IMG/VR virus record: IMGVR_UViG_3300021959_000043 | Span: 1-59,531 of that record | Source: a virus | Taxonomy: Duplodnaviria > Caudoviricetes | Length of the DNA: 59,531 bases | Direction: 5' to 3' (one strand) | Part shown: piece after piece, positions 45,576 through 56,283 of the stretch | How positions within the stretch are numbered: the stretch's first letter is position 1 | How the letters are laid out: every line of letters begins with the position of its first letter | The notes under the pieces: generated by a model | Told to the model about the DNA's origin: nothing | The model's input: only the letters and a program-made list of their open reading frames with translations | The model's database searches: none | Made by a program: the position numbers and the translations under genes

Positions 45576-48500
45576 ATGGAAATATATATTCTACCTAACG
45601 GACAAGAGATAGATTTATCTAATTATTCTCAACAAGAAAAAATATTGTGGCTTTCGGAAAACACTGGTGCTAAATTAAAAAAAGAACAGGGTGTTGCAGC
45701 GAGTGCAAATGCGATGCCATCAAACATGTTTGCACAAGAGCAAAATGGGGGTTTAGTTTCGGAAAATACTTTATCGGTATCTCCAGGTAGTTTAGATATA
45801 AATAGTTTTCAATATTTTAATGAAGACCCACAAGAAACAGAAGAACTAACTAATTCAATAGGATCTGCTTTAGGTAAGTATAATAGTAACGAAAAACCTA
45901 GCATCAATAGGTTTGGGTTATATGAAGATCAAAATATTCAATTAGCTATAGATGGAAACTTTATAAACGAAGAAGATTTAATAAATGCTGGTTATAAAGA
46001 TGATCCTTCTGGTTTGTCAGCTATAAAACCTGTAACTGCAGAGCAAAGATTAACAGCTAGAAATAAAATAGCAACGTATCAAAGCAAGAGTGAAAATGAA
46101 ATATCTTCTTATATAGATATTTTAAAACTAAACGAACCTTATATATATGAAGATAAAAGCTCTAATGATGAGTTTGTTAATGAAATATACGGTGATGTAG
46201 AATTAGATGGATTTAATACCACTGATTTTGATGGGTATATGGAATCTAAAGGTTATAAAAATGACTTAAAAAGATTTTTAGAATTAGAAATGGATACTAA
46301 GTCTTATGGTACTAATGTTGATACTGAACTTTCTTACGAGCAAAAAAAGCTGCAGTATCTTAACATGTATATAAATGACCAAATACAGAGAGATATAAAA
46401 CAACAGCAGTTAATGTATCAAGCTGAAACAGGTATTGATCCTAAACTGAAAGGTGTTAAATTTAATTTATCAGAAGGTAACATAAAACTTCAAAATTATG
46501 AAAATTATTTAAGACAAGATTTTCCTGTTTTATCTTCTAAAATGCAAGCTGTTGATGAAAAAAATCAATTAGAATACCAAAAATTAATAGACTCTGATGG
46601 AAACATAGGAGCTGGTCAGTTTCTTTTAAATATAGGTGGCAATGGTTTAAATGGTTTATCTGATGCTATATCTCAATTTAGTGCTTCTGTATATGGTGCA
46701 TTACCAGGTGATTACTTTGAGGGTATAGCCGAGCAAACAAGACAAGAATTGCTGTTGGAAGAAATGGGTTTAGATACTGATGGAACATTTTATACAGGTC
46801 CAGGTAGATTTGTTAGTGGAATAGGAAAATCCATAATAGATAAAGACACAGGTACTAAATATTTAGTTACAGAAAACGGTAGAATATTTGACAAAGATAG
46901 ATCTTTGGATGCAACCAACTTTTTAAGTCAACAAAAGGCAAATCAAATAAGAAAAGAAGCCAGAAAAAGAGGCGTAAAAGATAACGCATTTAGTGTTCTT
47001 GGTGCTTTTGATTCTGGAGCTAATGTTGTTGGTGACTTATTTTTTCAAATAGCTTTAACAAGAAGCATAGGTAACGGTATTAGATCTGTTGGTGGTTTTA
47101 CCGCAGGTTTAGGTGTTTTAGGAAAAACAAAAGGTTTTTTAAAATCTATTCCTATTAAGAAAAGCATGGGAGATGCTATAATAGGTCAATCCACATTAGG
47201 TTTTTCTAGAGGATATGAAGAAACGTTATCTCAAGCTAGAAAAATGGGTTTAAATGATAACGAAGCTTCTGAACTAGCGGCTATAGCATCTGTTCAAACA
47301 GGTATACTATATGCTTTAACAGCACCAATATCCCCTCAAACTAAAGCAACAGACGCTATATTTGGTAAATTGACAACTTCAAACATAGTGGGTAATGCTT
47401 TAAAAGAATATACTAAAAAAGGAAAAAAAGGTTTTTTAGACTACTTTAGAACTGGCAAGCTTGGCACACTTGTAAATGTAAGTGGAGAAGGAATTAAAGA
47501 AGTGTTTCAAGAAAATGTTCAACAGTCGGGTGAAATGTTTGTTGTAAACAAAAACACAAACGATAGAGCCGCTAGAAAAATAATGAAAGATACCATAAGT
47601 CTTCAAGATTTTATAGATACTACTGTTTTATCTTTCTTTGCTGGCGCTATAATACCTGGAGCTGGAGTTACTTTAAATTTAGCTAAGAAAACAGCTAGAG
47701 ACATGTTAGGTATGTCTAATGTAGATAGATTTAATAATTTAAGTTATTTATCATATAATAAAGAAAAAGTAAAAAGCTTGTTGGCTACTCAAGTTGAACA
47801 AGGTATATATACGCAACAAGAGGCTGATCAAGTTATTGAGGAAATGAATGTTTTTAATGATAACATAAACAGAATGCCTCAAGATTTATCTGCAGACGCT
47901 GCTACAGAAATTCTAGGAGATGTTAACGAGGTAGGTAAGCTTAGACAACAAAGAAAAACAGAAAGTCCATCTTTTCATGCTGAAACAGATAAGAGAATAA
48001 AGGAGTTAGATGATAAAATACAAAGAGCATATTATAATGATATAACTAAAAGAAAATCTGGTGTTATAGTTAAAGCTATAAAAAAAGGTGTTATAAAGAA
48101 TATTTCTTGGAATGAATTTGAATCCACAGACAAGGTAGTTGATTTTTTAGTTAATGAATTAAACTATACTAAAGCTAAAGCTGTAGAGACAGCTTCTAAA
48201 TATGGTATTGCTGTTCAAAGAGATGGAAAACAATATATACTTATAAACAACGAAAAATCTGCTAAAGATGGTAAAATAACTGTTAAAGAGCACGAGTTTT
48301 TACATGCTGTTATATATGAAACTATAAAAAACGACACGGAAGCACAGGTATTATTAGGTAGATCTTTATTAAGTGAGGTTTTAAAACTACAAGATAAAAT
48401 AAACTTAACTGACTCAGATAAAAAAGCTCTTCCAGAAGAGTTTCTTCAAGATTATGCTGGTTATATTGCTTTTTATAATAAATTAATAAAAGGTCTTGAC

Positions 48501-51500
48501 TTAGATTTAAAATCTGGAATTATAAATAAAATAGAGTACGACAATAAAGTAAGTCAAGCTATAGGTAATCAATGGGAAGAGGTGTTAACATTGTATTCAG
48601 ATGCTATAACAGTAGGAGCCGTTAGTTACGATCAAGACACCATGACTAGACTAGGAGACGTGCTTAGGCAAGTCTTGCAATTTTTAGGTTTAAAAGATAT
48701 AAAATTTTCTAGTGCTAAAGATGTTTATAATTTTATAAAAGACTATAACAATAGTATAAATAATAGAATACTAAGTATAGATAAAAACAGATCAATAAAA
48801 AAATTAGCTACTAAAGGAACAACTATAGATAAAGAAGCTTTAAAAACTGAAATTAAAAAATCAGAAAATAAGTTTAAAAAAGAAGCTCCTAAAGAACCTA
48901 TACTTGATAGAGAACCAACAATAGATGAAATAGAAGAAATAGAAGACATTTATAATTTTGATGAAAAGTTTTCTTTAAAACCAAATAGAAGATATACTCA
49001 AGATGAATTTCAAGCTGGTATAAATTCTTTATATAATAAAAATAAATGGGAAAAACCTAGCGGTATTGACGCTGTTCTTTATGATGTGTTAAGTAACTAT
49101 GAAAAAATAATACTTGACAAAGCTTACTCAATGTATAGCCAACTACCTGATTATAGTTCTGAAGATATGCTAGCAGAAACAACTATAGCTTTAATTCCAC
49201 ATATAAGAAATTTTAATAAAGAATTTTTACAATTAAGAAGTAAAAAAAGAAAAGAACTACAAGATAAGGGTTTATCATCTAGCGAAATAAATAGCACTTT
49301 AAACAAATTAGATGAAAAAGGTTATACTAACAGTAAAGGTGTAGTTGTAAAAGAAAACAATAATCTTAACGGTTGGATAAATAGTCAGTTGAGAAACAAA
49401 ATGAAAGTTGCTTTAAAGTCTGGAAATGTAACTAGCCAACAATATACAGATGAAATAGATGAAAAAATAACATCTATAGAAACTACTAACCCTGATGTTT
49501 TAGATCAAGAAAAACAAGAGTACGAAAAAAATCAAGATGAACTTGTTGTTTTACTTAAAAATCCTAACTTTGGTTTTTCAAATAAAGATGGTGAGCCTAT
49601 ATTAATAGAAGGCGTACCTGTTGGCGGTGACTTCGCTATAACAGCTGAAGATCCATCTATAGCTGTTAATAGAAAACTAAAAACAGTTAGTGATCCAGCC
49701 ATAAAATCTCAATTAGAACAAGAAAAAAGAGATTTAAAAAGAGGTTTAGAGTTAGAATCAAAAGAGTCTTTGAGTAATGACGAGGTAAAAGAATTAAAAG
49801 AATTAAAATCTTTTAAAACTTATAGTTTAGCGTCTGGTGGCATGATAAAAACATATAAGGCTTATTCTGAACAAATAAATCCAGCCGCAATAATAGCTGC
49901 TGAAGTTAGAAAAGAAATAATATCTTCACCTAATATAGAAACTTTAAATTTTAGATCTTTTAAAAAGAAACTAGCGTTGCTTTCTCAAACACTTACTAGA
50001 AGAATGACTTTTCAAAATAGTAAAGAACTAGAATCTTTTATGTTTAATAACTGGAAACTAATATGGGATGTTATAAATAACCCTATAGATCCAGTTACAG
50101 GTGAGTCAACTTATGCTATAAAGAAAATACCACCTAGGTTAAAACAAACTAATGATAAAGGTTTTCCTATAAAGACTAAAAATATAAATGTTGCTAGTTT
50201 TTTACAAAATTATTTTGGATTAGATGAAGCTACTAGAATAATACAAACTTTTAGTAAAAACCCTAACACTTTAATTAAAAAACTATCACCTATAGAACTA
50301 GGTAGAACTGGTAATAAACTTTGGTCAACGGCTTATTTTGATAGAAGAACAGCATTGATGGAGTTATTTGGAGATGTTGTTGTGCTTCAAGAAGCAAGAA
50401 AATCTATTAAAAACGATGCTTTTATAAATGAGATATCTAAAAGAAACCCAGGCTTAGCTAATGATTTGAAAGACTCAAACATTAGAAGTAAAGTTTTAAA
50501 CAATTTAGCTTCTGGTAAATCTTCAAACGTTAAATTTAGCCTAAAAAATGGTTCTAAAAATAACTCTAAAATAACATCTTACTTAAAATCAACTAATAAT
50601 ATAGATGAACAATTGTTCTTAGCTAGAATACTAGATAAAGCGACCTCAGAGGTTATAAAATATAACAGAAAAGCAATAAAGTTTAATGTTCCAGATCTTG
50701 GTAAAATGAATGATAAAGCGGTTTCTTATTATTTAATAAATAAAATATCTCAAGGCTATAATGATTTTTATTTTAAAAATGATAAAAACTGGAAAGGCAA
50801 AGAATCTAGAAATGTTTTAGATACATCTGATGTTAAGTTTTCTTTAAATAACGATAGAAATGAATTAAGCTCAAACTTGTCAACTGCTTTTAATCAAATA
50901 ATAGAAGAAAATTCTGGAATACCTTTTGATGAAACTTTTTCTAAAGCAAGAGCTGAAAACATGGGTAGAAAACTAGGCAAAGAAGGAGTATATCTTCCTT
51001 CTGGTGACTCTGACTTTTTAGGTTTAATGTATATGATAGCTTCTGCTAAAGGTAAAAAAGGTGAAAAACAACTTAAATGGCTAGATGATAATCTTATAAG
51101 TCTATACTCACAAGGTGTTTTAGATATGATAAACGCTAGAAACGCAGCTCATAGAGACTGGAAGAATTTATTTGACAAACCAACAAAAAAATTAATAAGA
51201 AAAGAATCTTCTTATGCAGGCTTTACAAATGATCAAGCTATAAGAGTTTATTTATGGAAAAAAGCAGGTTTTGAAATAAGTGACTTAGATAATAAAGATA
51301 TTTTTAATTTATCAGAGGTAGTAAGAAATAACCCTCGTCTTAGAAAGATAGCACAAGAAGTTAGTAGACTATCTAAGCAACCTGGTGGTTATTTAGAACC
51401 TCCAAGAGCTTGGCAAGAAGGTAACATACTTACTGATATTCAAAACATATTGTCTAAAGTAAATAGATTAAAGTATTTAACAAGGTTTAAACAAAATGTT

Positions 51501-52934
51501 GATTTGATATTTAGCAAGGAAAATATAAACAAACTAGAAGCTACTTTAGGTGAAGATTATGTTGAAGCTTTACAAAATATATTAGATAGAATGATATCAG
51601 GATCAAATAGACCTGATATAAAATCTAAAAATAGTAGAGCTTGGGTTGATTGGTTAAATGGTTCTATAGGTGTTACTATGTTTTTTAACATGAGATCAGC
51701 TGCTTTACAGTTGCTTTCTTCTACGAATTTTATTAACATGGATTTCAATAACCCTTTTGCTGCTGGTAAAGCTGTATTGAATTTACCTCAAATGCAAAAA
51801 GATTTTTTAACACTTTGGAATTCTCCATATTTAAAAGATAGAAGATCAGGTTTATTAAGTGATCTACAAGAATCAGAAATAGTTGACGTTGTTAATAATC
51901 CTAATAATAAAAACTGGATAGATAAATCAAAAGGTTTAATATTTTGGGCTTTAAAGAAAGGTTTTATACCAACTAGAGCCGCTGATAGTTTAGCTATAAC
52001 GTTAGGTGGTACTACTTTTTATAGAAACAGAATAAATGATCTAGTTAAAAAAGGCATGGAGCTAGAAGCCGCTGAAAAACAAGCTTTTAAAGAATTTTAT
52101 GAAACTGCTGAAATGAGTCAACAGTCAGCTGATCCTTCTAAAATATCTAAAAACCAAGCCTCTATAGAAGGTAGGTTGTTTTTATCATTTCAAAACACTC
52201 CATTACAGTACTCTAGAATAATGAAAAAATCATTTATAGATATAGCTAAAGGAAGAGGCAATGCATATGGACATGTTGCTAAAATAGCTTATTATGCTGC
52301 TGTACAAAATGTAGTATTTAACTTTTTACAAAATGCGTTATTTAGAATGTGGGACGATCCTGAAGATAGAGACTTAACTAGAAGTAAGAGTAGAGCTGTA
52401 CAAGGAAGTATAGATACATTATTAAAAGGTGCAGGATTATATGGAACTTATTTTGCTGCTATAAAAAACGTAATGCTAAAAGTTTATCAATTGTCTCAAG
52501 AAGAAAGAGGTGGAAGAGGAAAAGCTGCTGAGATATTAGTTGAAGCGTTACAAGTTATGCCACCTGTTGGTATAAAGGCTAGAAAAATAGAAAGAGCTTG
52601 GAATGATTACTCTTACAATACTGATTATTTTGATGAGTACGGGTGGAATCCTATTAAAAATAAATATGCTATCAACGCATTAACAACTTTAACAGCAGCA
52701 ACACTAAATGTTCCATTAGATAGATTATATCAAAAATCACAAAACCTAGCAGGTGCTATGGACTCTTCTTATGACACGTGGGAAAGAATTGCTATGTTTA
52801 GTGGATATAGTAAATGGAATTTAGATTTAGCAGATGAACAAATACAACAAAAAGGTAATAATAACGAATTAGACTTAGGTGTAGATCTAGATTTAGATTT
52901 AGACCTTGATTTAAATCTTGATTTAGGTTTTTAA
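45576..52934 (+). CDS. giant internal virion / ejection protein (2452 aa) with zincin-like HEFLH
   Basis: Size and position; HEFLH at 48291-48305; G-rich hydrophobic segments; (DL)n C-terminus. Confidence 0.7.
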   Translation: MEIYILPNGQEIDLSNYSQQEKILWLSENTGAKLKKEQGVAASANAMPSNMFAQEQNGGLVSENTLSVSPGSLDINSFQYFNEDPQETEELTNSIGSALGKYNSNEKPSINRFGLYEDQNIQLAIDGNFINEEDLINAGYKDDPSGLSAIKPVTAEQRLTARNKIATYQSKSENEISSYIDILKLNEPYIYEDKSSNDEFVNEIYGDVELDGFNTTDFDGYMESKGYKNDLKRFLELEMDTKSYGTNVDTELSYEQKKLQYLNMYINDQIQRDIKQQQLMYQAETGIDPKLKGVKFNLSEGNIKLQNYENYLRQDFPVLSSKMQAVDEKNQLEYQKLIDSDGNIGAGQFLLNIGGNGLNGLSDAISQFSASVYGALPGDYFEGIAEQTRQELLLEEMGLDTDGTFYTGPGRFVSGIGKSIIDKDTGTKYLVTENGRIFDKDRSLDATNFLSQQKANQIRKEARKRGVKDNAFSVLGAFDSGANVVGDLFFQIALTRSIGNGIRSVGGFTAGLGVLGKTKGFLKSIPIKKSMGDAIIGQSTLGFSRGYEETLSQARKMGLNDNEASELAAIASVQTGILYALTAPISPQTKATDAIFGKLTTSNIVGNALKEYTKKGKKGFLDYFRTGKLGTLVNVSGEGIKEVFQENVQQSGEMFVVNKNTNDRAARKIMKDTISLQDFIDTTVLSFFAGAIIPGAGVTLNLAKKTARDMLGMSNVDRFNNLSYLSYNKEKVKSLLATQVEQGIYTQQEADQVIEEMNVFNDNINRMPQDLSADAATEILGDVNEVGKLRQQRKTESPSFHAETDKRIKELDDKIQRAYYNDITKRKSGVIVKAIKKGVIKNISWNEFESTDKVVDFLVNELNYTKAKAVETASKYGIAVQRDGKQYILINNEKSAKDGKITVKEHEFLHAVIYETIKNDTEAQVLLGRSLLSEVLKLQDKINLTDSDKKALPEEFLQDYAGYIAFYNKLIKGLDLDLKSGIINKIEYDNKVSQAIGNQWEEVLTLYSDAITVGAVSYDQDTMTRLGDVLRQVLQFLGLKDIKFSSAKDVYNFIKDYNNSINNRILSIDKNRSIKKLATKGTTIDKEALKTEIKKSENKFKKEAPKEPILDREPTIDEIEEIEDIYNFDEKFSLKPNRRYTQDEFQAGINSLYNKNKWEKPSGIDAVLYDVLSNYEKIILDKAYSMYSQLPDYSSEDMLAETTIALIPHIRNFNKEFLQLRSKKRKELQDKGLSSSEINSTLNKLDEKGYTNSKGVVVKENNNLNGWINSQLRNKMKVALKSGNVTSQQYTDEIDEKITSIETTNPDVLDQEKQEYEKNQDELVVLLKNPNFGFSNKDGEPILIEGVPVGGDFAITAEDPSIAVNRKLKTVSDPAIKSQLEQEKRDLKRGLELESKESLSNDEVKELKELKSFKTYSLASGGMIKTYKAYSEQINPAAIIAAEVRKEIISSPNIETLNFRSFKKKLALLSQTLTRRMTFQNSKELESFMFNNWKLIWDVINNPIDPVTGESTYAIKKIPPRLKQTNDKGFPIKTKNINVASFLQNYFGLDEATRIIQTFSKNPNTLIKKLSPIELGRTGNKLWSTAYFDRRTALMELFGDVVVLQEARKSIKNDAFINEISKRNPGLANDLKDSNIRSKVLNNLASGKSSNVKFSLKNGSKNNSKITSYLKSTNNIDEQLFLARILDKATSEVIKYNRKAIKFNVPDLGKMNDKAVSYYLINKISQGYNDFYFKNDKNWKGKESRNVLDTSDVKFSLNNDRNELSSNLSTAFNQIIEENSGIPFDETFSKARAENMGRKLGKEGVYLPSGDSDFLGLMYMIASAKGKKGEKQLKWLDDNLISLYSQGVLDMINARNAAHRDWKNLFDKPTKKLIRKESSYAGFTNDQAIRVYLWKKAGFEISDLDNKDIFNLSEVVRNNPRLRKIAQEVSRLSKQPGGYLEPPRAWQEGNILTDIQNILSKVNRLKYLTRFKQNVDLIFSKENINKLEATLGEDYVEALQNILDRMISGSNRPDIKSKNSRAWVDWLNGSIGVTMFFNMRSAALQLLSSTNFINMDFNNPFAAGKAVLNLPQMQKDFLTLWNSPYLKDRRSGLLSDLQESEIVDVVNNPNNKNWIDKSKGLIFWALKKGFIPTRAADSLAITLGGTTFYRNRINDLVKKGMELEAAEKQAFKEFYETAEMSQQSADPSKISKNQASIEGRLFLSFQNTPLQYSRIMKKSFIDIAKGRGNAYGHVAKIAYYAAVQNVVFNFLQNALFRMWDDPEDRDLTRSKSRAVQGSIDTLLKGAGLYGTYFAAIKNVMLKVYQLSQEERGGRGKAAEILVEALQVMPPVGIKARKIERAWNDYSYNTDYFDEYGWNPIKNKYAINALTTLTAATLNVPLDRLYQKSQNLAGAMDSSYDTWERIAMFSGYSKWNLDLADEQIQQKGNNNELDLGVDLDLDLDLDLNLDLGF

Positions 52935-52935
52935 A

Positions 52936-53376
52936 ATGAGAAAAATAAACAAAATTATAGTACACTGCTCGGCGACACAAGAAGGCAGAGACTTAGATGC
53001 AGCTGAAATAAATCGCTGGCACTTAAAAAGAGGATGGAATGGTATAGGTTATCATTATGTAGTTTTGCTAGACGGCACTATAGAATACGGTCGTAGTATA
53101 TACAAACAAGGAGCTCACGTTAAAGGTGAAAATGAAGGTTCTATAGGAATTTGTTACATTGGAGGCGTTGAATCAGAACGTGGTTCTAATGGCAAATGGA
53201 TTGCTAAAGATACTAGAACACCTGAACAAAAAGAAAGCTTGTTATTATTGCTTAAAACATTAAAAAAAATGCATAAAAATGCTACGATACATGGCCACAA
53301 TGAGTTTGCTGCGAAAAGTTGCCCGTGTTTTGACGCTAATAAAGAATATTGTAACATAAATAATACATCAATATAA
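52936..53376 (+). CDS. N-acetylmuramoyl-L-alanine amidase (T7 lysozyme-like endolysin)
   Basis: IIVHCSAT, GIGYHYV, GAHVKG, SIGICYIGG, GHNEF..KSCPCF. Confidence 0.93.
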   Translation: MRKINKIIVHCSATQEGRDLDAAEINRWHLKRGWNGIGYHYVVLLDGTIEYGRSIYKQGAHVKGENEGSIGICYIGGVESERGSNGKWIAKDTRTPEQKESLLLLLKTLKKMHKNATIHGHNEFAAKSCPCFDANKEYCNINNTSI

Positions 53377-53379
53377 AAA

Positions 53380-53535
53380 ATGGACATACAACAAGCTAAA
53401 CTTTACATTATAAATGCGTCAACACTAGGCGTAACAACATTTACTAACATAGAAATGGGTCTAAAAATAATACTTTTGCTAGTAACAATAGGTTACACCG
53501 TAGACAAATGGTTAAAATTTAAAAAAAATAAATAA
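53380..53535 (+). CDS. 51-aa membrane protein, holin-like
   Basis: Hand translation MDIQQAKLYIINASTLGVTTFTNIEMGLKIILLLVTIGYTVDKWLKFKKNK; TM helix plus basic tail, next to the amidase. Confidence 0.65.
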   Translation: MDIQQAKLYIINASTLGVTTFTNIEMGLKIILLLVTIGYTVDKWLKFKKNK

Positions 53536-53536
53536 T

Positions 53537-53770
53537 ATGTGGAAATTAACAAAACAATACTTAATAGACGTTTGGAATTTACTTTGGAGTAAAACAAGCA
53601 TTGATGAAAAAGCGATAAAAACAGCTCAAGAAATAAAAAGGAGATATAAATTGACATCTAAAGAGTTGAAAGATGTAGCTAATGCTATAAGAGAGGTTGG
53701 TAATCAAATAGGTGATATTGATGACGCTATAATGGGTGGTAAAAGAAAAGGTAGAAAATTAAAAAAATAA
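53537..53770 (+). CDS. hypothetical protein (77 aa)
   Basis: ORF track. Confidence 0.7.
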   Translation: MWKLTKQYLIDVWNLLWSKTSIDEKAIKTAQEIKRRYKLTSKELKDVANAIREVGNQIGDIDDAIMGGKRKGRKLKK

Positions 53771-53773
53771 AAT

Positions 53774-54472
53774 ATGGAAGACGAAGAATTACTTTTAAGA
53801 AGAACAACTCCAGATCCAAGTTCAAACAGGCTTTCTGATGAAGATTTTCAAGCACAGTTTAATCAGGGACAATTAATTCAAGGTGGTGAAGATGTAGATC
53901 TTGGTTTTGTAAAAACTAAAACAGGTGAAGGTAGTTTAAATCAAAAGGTGCAAGATATGAAAAATATGTTACAACAAAGAGCAGAAGCAAATGGAATTTC
54001 TGTTGCTCAAGCGCCTCCTTCTCTTAATCCAAAATCTGGAACAGATAAAGATGGTATTTTAGATAAACTATCTTTTGCTGTTCAAAATCCTATGACTGCA
54101 GCTAGTATGATGTTTAAACCTGGAAGCGCTGGTTACATACCTAGTGGTGCTCAAAAAGCTGTAGATGCTGGTGGCTTACAAAGAAATGATTTAGATTCTT
54201 TTGGAACTGATGTAATAAACTTACCTGGAGCAATGACAAAATTATCAGAAGGCTTATTTGGTGGTGATTATGCTAAAGCAGGAAAAGGCCTTTTGTATTC
54301 TTTACCTTATGCTAAAACTATAAGTAAAGCTTTTGGAGGTATAAATGCAGTAGAAAAAGCTGGAAAAGCATACAAAGCAACTGCAAATGCAATTACTCCA
54401 TCTGCTGTATCTGCTGGAAATTCTAAATTATTAGCAAAAGTACTACAAAAAAAGCTGTTAGATAGAAGTTAA
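53774..54472 (+). CDS. hypothetical protein (232 aa)
   Basis: ORF track; last plus-strand gene. Confidence 0.7.
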   Translation: MEDEELLLRRTTPDPSSNRLSDEDFQAQFNQGQLIQGGEDVDLGFVKTKTGEGSLNQKVQDMKNMLQQRAEANGISVAQAPPSLNPKSGTDKDGILDKLSFAVQNPMTAASMMFKPGSAGYIPSGAQKAVDAGGLQRNDLDSFGTDVINLPGAMTKLSEGLFGGDYAKAGKGLLYSLPYAKTISKAFGGINAVEKAGKAYKATANAITPSAVSAGNSKLLAKVLQKKLLDRS

Positions 54473-54524
54473 AAAAAAGGAACAAAATAAAATGGGCGTA
54501 CCATACCCAAAGTTCCTGTAACCG

Positions 54525-54557
54525 AAAAAGGGCCCTCAATTACGAGAGCCCTTTTTT
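54525..54557. terminator. bidirectional terminator between converging blocks
   Basis: AAAAAGGGCCCTC-AATTAC-GAGAGCCCTTTTTT. Confidence 0.8.
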
Positions 54558-54561
54558 GATT

Positions 54562-56280
54562 TTAACCATCACACGCTAAACAGTCTTCACTCATTGCTTG
54601 CTGTGCTATATCGCCTCGTAAAACGCTTTCTGTTCTTGTATAGTATAAAGTCTTAACTCCTTTCTTCCACGCATCAAAATGTACTTTATTAAGCCATTTA
54701 GGCGTTGCTATGCTAGGAAAAGCTAAGTTTAAACTAACTGACTGATCTACATACTGCTGTCTCAGCCCAGCTTGATTAACTAACTCTAGTTGATTAATCT
54801 CCTTAAAAGTTTTAAATACCTCCTTTGCGGATGTTTCGTGTGCCATAACAACATCATCAAGCTCAGCAATATTTTGCACGCTACCACCGTCTGCCATGAT
54901 TTTTTCCCATGTTTCATTGTTGTTTATTTTAAGTTTTCTTAATAATTTAACAAGAGTAGGATTTTTTCTTATAAATGTACCTTTTGCTGATTGCTCTGTA
55001 AAAACATTCGCTGCCCAAGGTTCTATTCCCGGCGAGACATTGCCGCTGAGCTTACTATTGCTAACGGTAGGAGCAACAGCGCGAAGATGAGTATTACGCA
55101 TGCCAGTTCCAGAACACCATAAAGGCTCTCCATAAGTTTCAGCAAGCGACATGGAAGCTCTTTCACTTTCAATTTTGATCTGACTAAAAATTTTCCTAGT
55201 TTCAAACTGAGCAAGTAAACCTTCGAACGATATACCTTTTTCTTGTAGGTATGTGTGCCAGCCCAAAACTCCCAAGCCAAGCGCTCTTCCTTTCGTAGCC
55301 GATCGTACTGCATTCTCGAAGCCTCGTAAACCTTTAGCTCTCTGTATAAACTCTTCCATGACTCCATCAAGGAACCATATACTGTCATAAATAAGACTTG
55401 TACCTTTCCACTCTTCATATTTTGCTAAATTTAATGATGACAAACAACAAACAAAACTGTGATTTTCATCGGTGTGTAATGTAATCTCAGAACATATATT
55501 AGTCATATGTACTTTTAATCCATTTTCTTTATAAGCTTTAGGATTCTTTTTGTTAACGTTGCCTTTAAACATAATATACGGCTCTCCAGTTGCTTTTCGC
55601 TTTCTAAGTAGTTTACTCCATCTATTCCTAGCTGCTGCATCTCCTTGTTCAAGTTTACGCATAAACTTATCGCCAACAATTGCGCACTGATGTAAGTTAA
55701 GCGATTGTCTGTTAATATCTCCCTTAGGTTCTCTAATTTCAAGCCACTCTTCGAAATCGTCATGCTCAATGTTAATATTAACTGACGCAGCTCCTCGTCT
55801 AACTGATCCTTGATTAGTGGCAAGAATTGTTGAATCGTATATTTTACAAAAAGGGACGACTCCATCTGATGTTCCATTTCCTGTTATTCTAGCGCCGGCG
55901 GGTCTTATTTGATTTATACCGATACCAACTCCACCGCCATGCTTAGCGAGTAGCATCATCTCTAAGTTCTTACCACCTATGTCTTGTATACTATCAGCCA
56001 CATCAATACCAAAGCAACTAATAGGCAAACCACGATCAGTACCTGTATTAGATAATACTGGCGAAGCGAGGCAAAGCCACCCGTTCCATATGTACTCGAA
56101 GAATTTCTCAGCCATTTCAGGCTTATAAAGTCTTCTAGCAACAGTTTTAGCCACACGATTGTAAGCATCGCGAGGAGTTTCACCGTGTAGAAGATATCCT
56201 CCAGATATTGTTTTTTTATACACTTCTGTGTCTCCCCATTTTGGGTAATCTTTTCCTTTAATCCACTCATTATTCCACAT
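54562..56280 (-). CDS. nrdA: ribonucleotide reductase class I alpha subunit (short, no ATP cone)
   Basis: PISCF, GGGVG, TNICSEI (radical Cys), LGLGVLG, APTVS, DQSVSLN, KTLYY, C-terminal CLACDG. Confidence 0.95.
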   Translation of the reverse strand: MWNNEWIKGKDYPKWGDTEVYKKTISGGYLLHGETPRDAYNRVAKTVARRLYKPEMAEKFFEYIWNGWLCLASPVLSNTGTDRGLPISCFGIDVADSIQDIGGKNLEMMLLAKHGGGVGIGINQIRPAGARITGNGTSDGVVPFCKIYDSTILATNQGSVRRGAASVNINIEHDDFEEWLEIREPKGDINRQSLNLHQCAIVGDKFMRKLEQGDAAARNRWSKLLRKRKATGEPYIMFKGNVNKKNPKAYKENGLKVHMTNICSEITLHTDENHSFVCCLSSLNLAKYEEWKGTSLIYDSIWFLDGVMEEFIQRAKGLRGFENAVRSATKGRALGLGVLGWHTYLQEKGISFEGLLAQFETRKIFSQIKIESERASMSLAETYGEPLWCSGTGMRNTHLRAVAPTVSNSKLSGNVSPGIEPWAANVFTEQSAKGTFIRKNPTLVKLLRKLKINNNETWEKIMADGGSVQNIAELDDVVMAHETSAKEVFKTFKEINQLELVNQAGLRQQYVDQSVSLNLAFPSIATPKWLNKVHFDAWKKGVKTLYYTRTESVLRGDIAQQAMSEDCLACDG

Positions 56281-56283
56281 ATT

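Noticed and set aside
45576-52934. Virion RNA polymerase as in crAss-like phages
   Set aside because: No DxDxD catalytic motif (DFDGD/DFDID) was seen; the nearest match, TDFDGY, lacks the third Asp. A structural search is needed to exclude it fully.
4686-52980. Many short antisense or alternate-frame ORFs in the track (e.g. 4686..5114, 9738..10064, 15295..15591, 25825..26436)
   Set aside because: They lie wholly within or opposite well-supported genes and have shadow-ORF composition with no motifs.
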